From a virus (Duplodnaviria; Heunggongvirae; Uroviricota; Caudoviricetes): DNA of 64,000 nucleotides. The stretch lies in IMG/VR virus record IMGVR_UViG_3300044951_001136. One strand, 5' to 3'. The notes beneath the pieces were generated by a model. The model worked only from the letters and a program-made list of their open reading frames with translations, searched no databases and was not told the origin of the DNA. Below, piece after piece: positions 1-8,845 of the stretch. Each line of letters opens with the position of its first letter. The first letter of the stretch is position 1. A program made the position numbers and the translations under genes.

Positions 1-201
1 TATACTCTTAATCAGATTAATTTCAATATAGATAGATTTACAGTAGATAAGAGTACTACTTATAATTGGGAAAATGATTTTAATCCACCTGCATGGTCTA
101 GTTTACCTAGTGCTACTCCAGTACCAAACCCAATCAATAGTCAAGATTTCTTTGTATTGTTCCCTCGTGCAACTATTTTACCAGATGAAACTCAATACTA
201 A
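1..201 (+). CDS. 3' end of a gene that starts upstream of the window; Ser/Thr/Asn/Pro-rich, probably structural
   Basis: Open frame from position 1 (frame 1) to TAA at 199..201; composition similar to downstream fibre-like gene. Confidence 0.4.
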   Translation, partial: YTLNQINFNIDRFTVDKSTTYNWENDFNPPAWSSLPSATPVPNPINSQDFFVLFPRATILPDETQY

Positions 202-223
202 ATATATATAACGGAATAAAACA

Positions 224-1495
224 ATGAGTACAATCAACACAAATCCAATTAATGTAAATTATCCTGTCCCGGGTGTTAACAACAACAGTCAAGGATTCAG
301 AGATAATTTTGCATCTATTGTAACCAATCTTAATGCTGCCGGAACAGAAATAACTGACCTGCAAAATAAAGTAGTAGTTAAGCAGGCTTTAATAGGTACT
401 ACTATTAACAATGATATGGCCAACACGCTTATCAGCAACGCAAGTACACGCAGTTTCAGAGCAACCACTTATAATTTAGGCAACGCATTATCAGGTACTG
501 TTCTAGTAAATACTTCATTAGCAGATGTTCAGTATGGAACAATAGCAGCAAATACTACAATCAATTTTGGTAGTTGGGCACCAGCCGGCACGCAAAGTAA
601 TGTTCAATTAAATCTATCAATATCTAATACCCTTTCTACTATTACTTTCCCGTCAAATGTAACATTGGGAGCAACTACACTTGAAAATTATTCAAATATA
701 AATGGAAATACATCGGTCACTGTTCCATATGGGGTAACTCAACTTAATTATTTAATAAGTACAGTTGATTGTGGTACTACATTGTCTATTTCCGCAACTA
801 ATAGACCAATTCAGTCTACACAAATTCAACAACGTCTTGTTCCTCCTACTGGATTTCAAGGTGACGTAAACGGAGATATTGCAGTTGGTTCTTCGGTTAA
901 TCAATTAACTATCACTGGGGCTAATACAGACCCGTATCTTACGACTTCCGGGAACACTACACAACTTTATACTGATTTGCCAATCGTATTCACCGGTACT
1001 TCACTTGCAGGTAATATAGTGGTGGGCACAACATATTATGTAAGAAATGTAGTGTCAAGCACTACATTTACAGTGTCATCATCTATTGGTGGTGCTAATA
1101 TTGCTATTGGAGCAAATGCATCTGGTACTTCAATGCTTGCTAACCCAACATCATACGTTTATATAGCAACTGACACATATAATTCTACTGCGTGTGCAAC
1201 TAGTGTAACAAACACATTTTCGAGTGGCAATGTGATTACACTGTCGGGTAATTTGTCAAGTATAACTAGTGCAGTAAACTCACCAATTATCTTTACTGCT
1301 AATATGGGTGGATTGATTTCTAATACAGTATATTATATCAAAACTGTTGCTAGCCCAAATATCACAGTAAGTCAATCTAGGACAAACGGTGTGGCGGGAA
1401 CAGTAGTTGCATTAACTTCAAATATAGTAGCAACTAGTGCTACTTATTATGTTGGTAATGATATTTGGAAAAAAATTGTACTGTCGCCGTGGTAA
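224..1495 (+). CDS. tail-fibre-like or other structural protein (Thr/Ser/Asn/Gly/Val-rich, 423 aa)
   Basis: Long ORF; low-complexity T/S/N/G-rich composition typical of fibre/adhesin proteins; no enzymatic motif. Confidence 0.5.
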   Translation: MSTINTNPINVNYPVPGVNNNSQGFRDNFASIVTNLNAAGTEITDLQNKVVVKQALIGTTINNDMANTLISNASTRSFRATTYNLGNALSGTVLVNTSLADVQYGTIAANTTINFGSWAPAGTQSNVQLNLSISNTLSTITFPSNVTLGATTLENYSNINGNTSVTVPYGVTQLNYLISTVDCGTTLSISATNRPIQSTQIQQRLVPPTGFQGDVNGDIAVGSSVNQLTITGANTDPYLTTSGNTTQLYTDLPIVFTGTSLAGNIVVGTTYYVRNVVSSTTFTVSSSIGGANIAIGANASGTSMLANPTSYVYIATDTYNSTACATSVTNTFSSGNVITLSGNLSSITSAVNSPIIFTANMGGLISNTVYYIKTVASPNITVSQSRTNGVAGTVVALTSNIVATSATYYVGNDIWKKIVLSPW

Positions 1496-1506
1496 TAAAT
1501 ATTTGA

Positions 1507-1764
1507 ATGGAACATCCATTCTTAGATAGAAAAACACTGTCTGAAAAGACACTAGAGGAAATTCAAGCTACCCTAACCGGGCTGATGAATAAACTTACTT
1601 TTGCTCACCGAATGGGTAATAGACCACTAATCAATCAACTTGAAATGGTGGTTGAAAGTTATCGCAACGAAGCAAATAAAAAACTTGATGAGGTAATGAA
1701 AAAACAAAACCTGCATAATCAAGTTTCTATTCAGAAAGAGGGCGAAATTGGCAACAAGAATTGA
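1507..1764 (+). CDS. hypothetical protein (85 aa, Lys/Glu-rich)
   Basis: ORF track; overlaps next gene by 17 nt. Confidence 0.35.
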   Translation: MEHPFLDRKTLSEKTLEEIQATLTGLMNKLTFAHRMGNRPLINQLEMVVESYRNEANKKLDEVMKKQNLHNQVSIQKEGEIGNKN

Positions 1765-2350
1765 ACGTGAATTTGCATTCCAAGCTGCTGTTTATTTTGA
1801 AGGGGAGTTCTTAATGAACATATATGAACTTTCATTGAGCATGGAAGTTGATACAGCATCTATTAAAGAACAAAATATAGCAATGGACCGGATACATTAC
1901 TTCTTACATAACTGTTTGGGCAATAGTATTTTTGTGCAAGATTCAGAAAAAAAAGCGATTGAGAAGTATCTACAAGCTGATATCAAAGTTTGTACTCTTC
2001 CGGACGAGCCGTATGATCAGATCATAACCATTCTGCTATTGTTGAAACTAAACGCCATAACAGAAGGTAAATTACATATAACTGATATATCACTTATTTC
2101 TGGATTAAGTGATGATGTTAAATTTATTTATGATGTAGAAACTGTAGCTAATCACCCTTTTGGTAACAAGGGCTGGTGGGAATGTGCTTCCACTTCTATA
2201 TCTGATTTATCCAAATCTAATAAAAAAGATAAAATAGTTAGATTGATAAAACATCATAATGATTGGGCCGGAGTTAGTTTGGATTGGGAACAAAAAGAAC
2301 ATACCTCTACTGAAATTATTTTCAACAATGACTACCATAAACAACCATAA
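1748..2350 (+). CDS. DnaE (Pol III alpha)-like N-terminal fragment, degenerate PHP-like region without catalytic His
   Basis: FLMNIYELSLSMEVD aligns with the DnaE PHP start FVHLRVHSDYSMIDG; AITEGKLHITDISLISGL...KF aligns with DnaE AITDFTNLCGLVKF; stops at 2350. Confidence 0.4.
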   Translation: MATRIEREFAFQAAVYFEGEFLMNIYELSLSMEVDTASIKEQNIAMDRIHYFLHNCLGNSIFVQDSEKKAIEKYLQADIKVCTLPDEPYDQIITILLLLKLNAITEGKLHITDISLISGLSDDVKFIYDVETVANHPFGNKGWWECASTSISDLSKSNKKDKIVRLIKHHNDWAGVSLDWEQKEHTSTEIIFNNDYHKQP

Positions 2351-2353
2351 GTG

Positions 2354-2382
2354 TTGATTTATCTATTGGTCTATGTTAAAAT
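2354..2382 (+). promoter_or_regulatory. sigma70-type promoter TTGATT-N17-TGtTAAAAT inside inverted repeat CTATG...CATAG; -10 ends 6 nt before ATG 2389 (leaderless)
   Basis: Read directly: ttgatt(2354-2359), 17-nt spacer, TGt+taaaat(2377-2382). Confidence 0.45.
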
Positions 2383-2388
2383 ACATAG

Positions 2389-2898
2389 ATGAGAACCGAC
2401 ATATACGATCAAATAATCCTCACAGAAAATGACCTGTGTGATTTGTATATGCGTGATTCTACCCGCACTATAAAAGATTGTTTGGTAGATGAAAAGATAA
2501 CTCTGGGTACCATATTTCTTTCAAATGAAAACTTACCCGTTCTAATAGAGTATGTTAAATCTAATTTATCAGTAAAAGAATTTGATAGTCAAAATCAATC
2601 ACAATGGCAAATGCCCAAAGAATATTATGAAATGGATATTGCTAAATGGGTATTAGCTCAATGCAAAACCGAAGAAGAACTGCAACGAGCAGGTGATGAA
2701 CTATTAAAATTCCATGATAGGAATATGTTTTCATTACTACAATACTTAAAATATCTTGTTGATACTATGCGTAGTAATAACATAGTTTGGGGAGTGGGCA
2801 GAGGTAGTAGTGTGGCTAGTTTTGTGTTGTTTTTGATAGGGATTCACAGAATTAACAGTCTTTTTTACCAATTATCAATTGATGAATTTCTAAGGTGA
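2389..2898 (+). CDS. DnaE-like fragment (end of PHP/start of palm) terminating just before the catalytic Asp pair
   Basis: VWGVGRGSSVASFVLFLIGI...SLFYQLSIDEFLR matches DnaE [20 protein letters not shown]...LLFERFLNPER; stop falls where DnaE PDFDVDF would follow. Confidence 0.55.
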   Translation: MRTDIYDQIILTENDLCDLYMRDSTRTIKDCLVDEKITLGTIFLSNENLPVLIEYVKSNLSVKEFDSQNQSQWQMPKEYYEMDIAKWVLAQCKTEEELQRAGDELLKFHDRNMFSLLQYLKYLVDTMRSNNIVWGVGRGSSVASFVLFLIGIHRINSLFYQLSIDEFLR

Positions 2899-2971
2899 GT
2901 AATTGGAATACTGAGTAAAAATTAAGGCATACTAGCAGAAGATTAAATATTACTAACTAAAAGGAGATAAA

Positions 2972-3343
2972 ATGGCCACATACAGATCCGCAATGGGTAA
3001 AACCGTTGACATGTCAGCTATTGTAGCAAAAAATGAAAAAGTCAGAGCCGTGGGGAATGTCAAAAATCTTAACGCACGAGGTGACACCATTGATTCAATG
3101 GGTAGAATAATTCAACCCGCAACTGCTAAAGTAAACAATGCTTATGCTAAAACAGTGGGAAATCGTTCAGCAAACGCAAGCAAGCCACAAAGTAGAATAC
3201 AACCGGATGTTCCCACACCAGCAAAAATAGCCGTTGCTGAACTCCACCCAGAAGAATTTGAGTTAGATGAATCAATTGAAGATGATTTGGCGATTGAAAA
3301 AATCAAAGAAGAAGAAATCAAGAAAGCAACAAAGAAGAAATAA
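2972..3343 (+). CDS. hypothetical protein (123 aa, acidic/Lys-rich C-terminus)
   Basis: ORF with AAGGAG SD 8 nt upstream. Confidence 0.5.
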   Translation: MATYRSAMGKTVDMSAIVAKNEKVRAVGNVKNLNARGDTIDSMGRIIQPATAKVNNAYAKTVGNRSANASKPQSRIQPDVPTPAKIAVAELHPEEFELDESIEDDLAIEKIKEEEIKKATKKK

Positions 3344-3344
3344 C

Positions 3345-3734
3345 ATGACACACACCGAACCAAAAAAATTAGCATTTGCTCCACATAAATTCAATAAAAG
3401 CCAGTTCAACCCAATTGGCGCACATATTATCGTATGTGATATGAGTTTTGACCAACGCATTACACATGGCGGTATTCTATTGCCCAATGATGATATGAAA
3501 AGTGCAGGTATCAGGCCTCGCTGGGGAAAGATATATGCTGTGGGTTCAGAAAACAAAGATACTGACATTGTTGAAGGTAAATGGGTTTGTGTCAGTCATG
3601 GACGCTGGACTCGTGGAATTGAGATAGAAGATGAAACGGGTAAGAAAACATTGCGTAGAGTTGACGCTGATGATATACTAATGATGTCAGATGAAGAAGT
3701 ATCGGATTCAACATTAAGCGAAATGGTGTACTAA
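3345..3734 (+). CDS. GroES / T4 gp31-like co-chaperonin
   Basis: GAHIIVCDMSF...THGGILLPND...GKIYAVGSEN resembles GroES IRPLHDRVIV...AGGIVLP...GEVVAVGPG; start moved to ATG 3345 immediately after upstream TAA. Confidence 0.6.
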   Translation: MTHTEPKKLAFAPHKFNKSQFNPIGAHIIVCDMSFDQRITHGGILLPNDDMKSAGIRPRWGKIYAVGSENKDTDIVEGKWVCVSHGRWTRGIEIEDETGKKTLRRVDADDILMMSDEEVSDSTLSEMVY

Positions 3735-4018
3735 TGATAAAATGGTTTAAGAAAAAGATTCACAACTGGGCCAGTGAAGATTGGGAAAATGCTTCTAGAG
3801 TGGAAGAATCGACGGTCGGCTCAGTTAGAAGGCGTAGATTTGACCGAAATGGAATGAACTTTACTATCTACTCTGCTAACGGAGGATATGTAATGGAATA
3901 TGTTTCGTATAATGACAGAACCGAAGAACGCGATTCCACATTACATATCATTCCCAGTGAACAAGACTTGGGTCAAAGTATCGCCCACATCATAACACTT
4001 GAGATGCTTAGAAAATGA
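3734..4018 (+). CDS. hypothetical protein (94 aa)
   Basis: ORF, ATGA overlap with upstream stop. Confidence 0.4.
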   Translation: MIKWFKKKIHNWASEDWENASRVEESTVGSVRRRRFDRNGMNFTIYSANGGYVMEYVSYNDRTEERDSTLHIIPSEQDLGQSIAHIITLEMLRK

Positions 4019-4941
4019 AAAATCAACTTTGGGTTGAGCGTTATCGTCCCAAATCTGTTAAAGATTATGTTTTTGTGGATGAACGACAAAAACAACAGGT
4101 AGAAGGTTGGATAGCTAATGGTAGCATTCCGCATCTATTGTTAAGCGGCGACCCGGGTACTGGTAAGACTACTCTTGCTAAAGTATTGATCCATGAACTT
4201 GGTGTGGAAGATTATGATGTAATGGAAATCAATGCTAGTCGTGAAAATGGCGTAGCAATCGTGCGTGATAAGATTAATGGATTTGCACAAACCATGCCAT
4301 TCGGTAAGTTTAAGGTAATCCTACTTGATGAGGCCGATTACACTAGCCCAGAGTTTCAAGCAGCATTGCGTAACGATATGGAAGCATATGCTGATACAGT
4401 GAGATTTATTCTTACTTGTAACTATGAACACAAAATCATTCCAGCATTGCGTGAAAGTCGTTGCCATAAGTTTCATATTGCTAAACCCGATCGTACAGAA
4501 TATACAGCAAGGGCAGCAACTGTTTTATTGACAGAAGGTATTGAGTTTGATTTAGATACATTGGACAGTTATGTTCGTGTAGCATACCCAGACTTGCGTA
4601 AATGTTTGAATCAACTACAAGTTAATTCAAGCACCGGTAAACTATTGCCTCCGCAATCACAGGGTAATAGCGAACATGAGCTTCTAATAGAAGCAACTAC
4701 ATTGTTCAAAGCTGGCAAGATTCTTGAGGGTCGTCAGCAACTTATGCAGTACACTGCATTGTACCCGACCCGAGTTGAAGAAATTTATACTTGGGCTTAC
4801 TCTAACTTAGATTTGTGGGGAAAGACACAAGAAAAGCGTGATGCAAGTATCATTATCATTCGCAATGGTTTGGCAACATTGCCCTTAGTAGGGATTCCTG
4901 AAATAGCAATAGCGGCCTCAATTGTGGAGTTGACGGCATGA
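4015..4941 (+). CDS. clamp-loader ATPase (RFC small-subunit / T4 gp44-like)
   Basis: LLLSGDPGTGKTT Walker A, ILLDEAD Walker B, TCNY and SRC-like segment typical of RFC/gp44. Confidence 0.8.
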   Translation: MKNQLWVERYRPKSVKDYVFVDERQKQQVEGWIANGSIPHLLLSGDPGTGKTTLAKVLIHELGVEDYDVMEINASRENGVAIVRDKINGFAQTMPFGKFKVILLDEADYTSPEFQAALRNDMEAYADTVRFILTCNYEHKIIPALRESRCHKFHIAKPDRTEYTARAATVLLTEGIEFDLDTLDSYVRVAYPDLRKCLNQLQVNSSTGKLLPPQSQGNSEHELLIEATTLFKAGKILEGRQQLMQYTALYPTRVEEIYTWAYSNLDLWGKTQEKRDASIIIIRNGLATLPLVGIPEIAIAASIVELTA

Positions 4942-5207
4942 AATATTTACTTATCCAATTCTTGAGGAAACCTAATGGCCAAATTGACGAACAGGTGTCT
5001 ATTAGCAAACGCTTGCGACCAGCAGACATTCAAACATGTAATGTCATTATGGATTTTGGTAAGAAGAAAGTTGAAAAATGCGTAGTTGAAGGAAAGACTG
5101 TGGATACAGACTGGAATAAACTAAATGAATACTATAAGCGTATTTACCCGGCATTAGTTGATCAATTAGAAAAGAATAATACTGAAAGCGAAGTTAAGAA
5201 GAAATAA
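4938..5207 (+). CDS. hypothetical protein, possibly clamp-loader small subunit (gp62-like position)
   Basis: ATGA-coupled directly downstream of clamp loader; no motif. Confidence 0.35.
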   Translation: MKYLLIQFLRKPNGQIDEQVSISKRLRPADIQTCNVIMDFGKKKVEKCVVEGKTVDTDWNKLNEYYKRIYPALVDQLEKNNTESEVKKK

Positions 5208-5231
5208 AAAGAGGGCTTAAGCCCTCTTTTT
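5206..5231. terminator. bidirectional intrinsic terminator between convergent genes
   Basis: aaaaagagggc-ttaa-gccctctttttt perfect hairpin flanked by A-run and T-run. Confidence 0.7.
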
Positions 5232-6019
5232 TAACTATACAGTTTGAGTACTTGCTCAATTATCCGGTGTCGCTGTACATCTTTTACTTCAAATTTACAT
5301 GACACAATACCGGAGACAGGGTGCTGACCAAGTCTTGTGACTAAATCGAGAAGACCATTGTTTTCTTTTCGCTGGTCTGTCTGCTCGGTATCACCCGTCA
5401 GGATAATTTTACTTCCTGACCCTATCCGGGTCATTAACATTTTTAACTGGCCTGGACGACTGTTTTGGCCCTCATCCAGAATGATGATAGAGTCCTTGAA
5501 TGTGCGGCCACGCATAAAGCCCAACGGAGAGAATTCAATGACTTGTTCAGCTATCATCTCCGCAAGCTCCTTCACCGTGTAATACTCATGCAGAATATCC
5601 ACCATTGGTCTTACCCAAGGGGCCAGTTTCTCATTCAAATCACCGGGCAAGAATCCATGATCCTCATCCTCCACGGCTACCGCAGGCCTGGTAAGAACGA
5701 TTCGTTTACATTCGCCGGCACGAAGTGCTTTAACTGCTGCCAAGATTGCAAGATATGTTTTTCCAGTACCGGCAGGGCCAGAGACGACAACAATATCTGT
5801 GTTTTCATCTAGTAATGCGATAATATAATTTTCTTGATTTAGCGATTTGGGGATCAACTGCACGGGTCTTTTATTAACCCTAGTAGTTCTTTGTGCTTGT
5901 GAGAAATCTATTGTTTTGGATTCTTTCATATAAAAAGTTTGATTTGTTTGTTTTTTGCTAGTTAAATAGCGTGAATCTTCTTGCGTTGTGCGTAAAGCAC
6001 TAGTTTTCCGTTTGCTCAA
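5231..6019 (-). CDS. phoH: PhoH-like ATPase
   Basis: VVVSGPAGTGKTYLA Walker A, IILDEGQN Walker B; whole-length PhoH-like pattern. Confidence 0.85.
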   Translation of the reverse strand: MSKRKTSALRTTQEDSRYLTSKKQTNQTFYMKESKTIDFSQAQRTTRVNKRPVQLIPKSLNQENYIIALLDENTDIVVVSGPAGTGKTYLAILAAVKALRAGECKRIVLTRPAVAVEDEDHGFLPGDLNEKLAPWVRPMVDILHEYYTVKELAEMIAEQVIEFSPLGFMRGRTFKDSIIILDEGQNSRPGQLKMLMTRIGSGSKIILTGDTEQTDQRKENNGLLDLVTRLGQHPVSGIVSCKFEVKDVQRHRIIEQVLKLYS

Positions 6020-6184
6020 TGTAAATTCTCCTTTATAAGAGCGTGAGTTCTCATAATACTCATAGTTATTTACAACTGGTTAAATAGACTAATGTAGTAG
6101 ACTTTTAACACAAATTTCTAGACTAAATATAAGGCTAAGGGTTCAACTATTGTAATTTCTTATTAGTGCTATTAATCAATAAAA

Positions 6185-6192
6185 GATAAATA
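6185..6192 (+). promoter_or_regulatory. GATAAATA motif (T4-late-promoter-like), 5 nt upstream of ATG 6198
   Basis: Motif read in sequence; recurs at 11841, 17015, 18374, 24761, 32916, 53029. Confidence 0.4.
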
Positions 6193-6197
6193 TATTA

Positions 6198-6809
6198 ATG
6201 AAGCACGAAGCCGCAGACAATTTTTTTAATGGTGTTGATTATGTCAGCATCATAGACACCGTAAAAGGTATATTTACTAGTGATGGTTCAATGAATACCT
6301 TATTGGACTTTGAACGAGTACTAGACGAATCTGACCTATACGCCTACCGTAACTGGGAACTAGGTGAATTAGTTCAAGGTCCTGACATAAAACGCTATAC
6401 AGTTAGTTGCATATTCATGTGGCCATACAAACTAATGCCCAATCCAAAAGGTGCCAGACGATTAGTAGCAATTGGATGTAAAGTTAAATTTGCTAAAAGC
6501 AAAATTGAAGTTCCAGTAGAAGTCAAAGATTACGAAGATTATGTTGCAGGGACAAGATATCCAAAGATGGCACCTAAACAAGTTTGGTTTGTTTTCATAG
6601 AGATTCCCAAAGACTTGCTGGACGATATTAAAGAAGGTTCTATTGACTTGGCAGGACAAACAATTGATCTGGAAGAACTAGATGATTCATACGATGAAGA
6701 TTTAGATAAAGACAATGGTGAGGGCGAGGAAGAAAATCCGCAACAACCAGTTGATATGGGAATGGGCGGCATGCCACCTCCGGCAGCTCCTGGTGCCCCT
6801 CCAATGTAA
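6198..6809 (+). CDS. hypothetical protein with very acidic C-terminal half and Gly/Met/Pro-rich tail (scaffold-like?)
   Basis: ORF; composition only. Confidence 0.5.
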   Translation: MKHEAADNFFNGVDYVSIIDTVKGIFTSDGSMNTLLDFERVLDESDLYAYRNWELGELVQGPDIKRYTVSCIFMWPYKLMPNPKGARRLVAIGCKVKFAKSKIEVPVEVKDYEDYVAGTRYPKMAPKQVWFVFIEIPKDLLDDIKEGSIDLAGQTIDLEELDDSYDEDLDKDNGEGEEENPQQPVDMGMGGMPPPAAPGAPPM

Positions 6810-6817
6810 GGTGTAAT

Positions 6818-7363
6818 ATGACAAGAATCATTAATGAAGGTTTAGATTATATGGATATGGAACATCAAATTGAACCAAATGTATCCATTGATGAATATTC
6901 TGCCAAGATGGGCAAGGATAGTGATATTGTTACACTTGCATTTATTGTCAAGAGCGAAGCAGCAGGTAATGATTTAGTTGATTGGTTTGAGCGAGGATAT
7001 GACTGGATACTTGATGCCAGCTTGAGTGATGGTGAATTAAGCCCTGGTAGATATTTAGTATTTGTTGAAATGAAACGCAGAACAAAAATACCGGAACGAG
7101 TTGTAGAATTGCTTGATGATTTAGAAACACTTACAGGAATGACAGTGGATGAATGGGAGGTGACTATTGATGAAAAAGATTACTCGGCAGATACAGAAAT
7201 ATTGAAAGAATTGATACCTATCAGCCCACATGAATATCGTGAAGAAAACGAAGATGAAAAAGAATTAAATGAAATGCGTCATCGTGCAGGATTAGACACA
7301 GTAAATTTACACGGTGAACCGGATAGTGAATTAAAAGCATTTATATCAATGGCAGGTTTATAA
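6818..7363 (+). CDS. hypothetical acidic protein (181 aa)
   Basis: ORF. Confidence 0.5.
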   Translation: MTRIINEGLDYMDMEHQIEPNVSIDEYSAKMGKDSDIVTLAFIVKSEAAGNDLVDWFERGYDWILDASLSDGELSPGRYLVFVEMKRRTKIPERVVELLDDLETLTGMTVDEWEVTIDEKDYSADTEILKELIPISPHEYREENEDEKELNEMRHRAGLDTVNLHGEPDSELKAFISMAGL

Positions 7364-7364
7364 A

Positions 7365-7988
7365 ATGGCAACAACAATATTAGCAAAGAAAGCAACAACT
7401 GATACCCCAATAGCAAAAAGTGATGACCAGCATACTCAACTAGCAGCAGATCCAACTATACCTCAATTTCCACAAGAAAGTAGTTATGGCACAACAACAC
7501 CAAACACAACCTTATCAGCAAGCAGTACTTCAGCATTTAGCACACCTTCGTCAGGAGGATTCGGGTTACCCGGTTCGTTTGGTGCACCAGCAGCCGTGGG
7601 CAACGGTTCGCCAGCATCAACAAGCAACATGGGATCAATCGGATCAAGTAACATGAATGTAAGTCTGGGTAATCAACCCGTATTAACAGGTGCCGGAGTA
7701 AATGCTGCCCAAGATGCCAGTATCTTAATTAAGAACACCAACGACGATTTCATAAATAAAAAATGGCGACCACTAATGGCATTTGTTTATATGCTTACTT
7801 GTACATGTGACTTTGTTATATTCCCTATATTATGGAGTTTATTACAAGCAATGAGCAAAGGTAGCGTCACTATGCAATGGCAACCTCTAACACTGCAAGG
7901 TGCTGGTCTTTACCATATCGCTATGGGTGCTGTATTGGGTGTGGCCGCATACGGCAGAACTAAAGAAAAACTAGAAAATAAAGCCTAA
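7365..7988 (+). CDS. membrane protein, low-complexity N-terminal half and 2-3 C-terminal TM helices (holin-like?)
   Basis: Hydrophobic stretches WRPLMAFVYMLTCTCDFVIFPILWSLL and AGLYHIAMGAVLGVAAYG. Confidence 0.45.
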   Translation: MATTILAKKATTDTPIAKSDDQHTQLAADPTIPQFPQESSYGTTTPNTTLSASSTSAFSTPSSGGFGLPGSFGAPAAVGNGSPASTSNMGSIGSSNMNVSLGNQPVLTGAGVNAAQDASILIKNTNDDFINKKWRPLMAFVYMLTCTCDFVIFPILWSLLQAMSKGSVTMQWQPLTLQGAGLYHIAMGAVLGVAAYGRTKEKLENKA

Positions 7989-7994
7989 CTACTA

Positions 7995-8023
7995 TTGACA
8001 ATAGCAGATTATTTTGCTACAAT
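7995..8023 (+). promoter_or_regulatory. sigma70 consensus promoter TTGACA-N17-TACAAT, -10 ends 6 nt before ATG 8030
   Basis: ttgaca 7995-8000, 17-nt spacer, tacaat 8018-8023. Confidence 0.6.
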
Positions 8024-8029
8024 AATAAG

Positions 8030-8845
8030 ATGGATTATTATGAAATTTTAGGTGTTACTAAAACCGCCTCACAAGAGGATATCAAAGGGGCCTGGCGAAG
8101 ATTGGCTAGTCAGCATCATCCCGATAAGGGAGGGGATAAAGTCAAATTTCAGGAAACACAAGCTGCGTATGAAACATTAAGTGATGCAAATAAACGCCAG
8201 CAATATGATAATCCCATGCCACAAGGATTTCCGCAGCAAGGTGGAATACCCCCAGGGTTTGAACATATATTTGGTCAAATGTTTGGTCAAAATAATCCTT
8301 TTGACATATTCAGTCAACAACGTAGACAACAACAACCTCAACAACAATTATTTAGAACAACAATAAATATATCATTAGAACAAGCATATAACGGCGGTGA
8401 ACAAATATTAAAACTACAAACACCCACGAATGTACATGCCATAACCATTCAGATTCCTAAAGGGATTCAAAATGATAATCAAATGCGTATAGATAAAGTC
8501 ATAGATGGTGCTAGTTTAATAGTAGATTTTCGGGTTGAACCCCATCTCAAATATGATAGACAAGGTAATGATTTAATTTGCAACCATCCAATTTCCGTGT
8601 TAGATTTGATTATTGGCACAAGTTTTGAATTTGTTACTCTATCAGGAAAAACGCTGGATGTAACAATTAAACCTAAAACTCAACCCTATATTCAATTAAA
8701 ATTAGCGGGACAAGGCATGCCTATACTAAATGCTACTAGCTACGGTGACCAAATTATATTGTTAAAAGCATTCATCCCTGATATAATAGGAGAACAAGTT
8801 ATCAATAGCATTACGGCTTATAAACAACAAAGGAATCAAGCATGA
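8030..8845 (+). CDS. DnaJ-family co-chaperone (J domain + divergent C-terminus)
   Basis: MDYYEILGV...HHPDKGGD J-domain with HPD motif. Confidence 0.8.
   Translation: MDYYEILGVTKTASQEDIKGAWRRLASQHHPDKGGDKVKFQETQAAYETLSDANKRQQYDNPMPQGFPQQGGIPPGFEHIFGQMFGQNNPFDIFSQQRRQQQPQQQLFRTTINISLEQAYNGGEQILKLQTPTNVHAITIQIPKGIQNDNQMRIDKVIDGASLIVDFRVEPHLKYDRQGNDLICNHPISVLDLIIGTSFEFVTLSGKTLDVTIKPKTQPYIQLKLAGQGMPILNATSYGDQIILLKAFIPDIIGEQVINSITAYKQQRNQA

Noticed and set aside
3267-3344. Upstream extension of the GroES-like ORF (track start 3267)
   Set aside because: It would overlap the preceding gene by 77 nt in another frame. ATG 3345 immediately follows the upstream TAA and gives a GroES-sized product.
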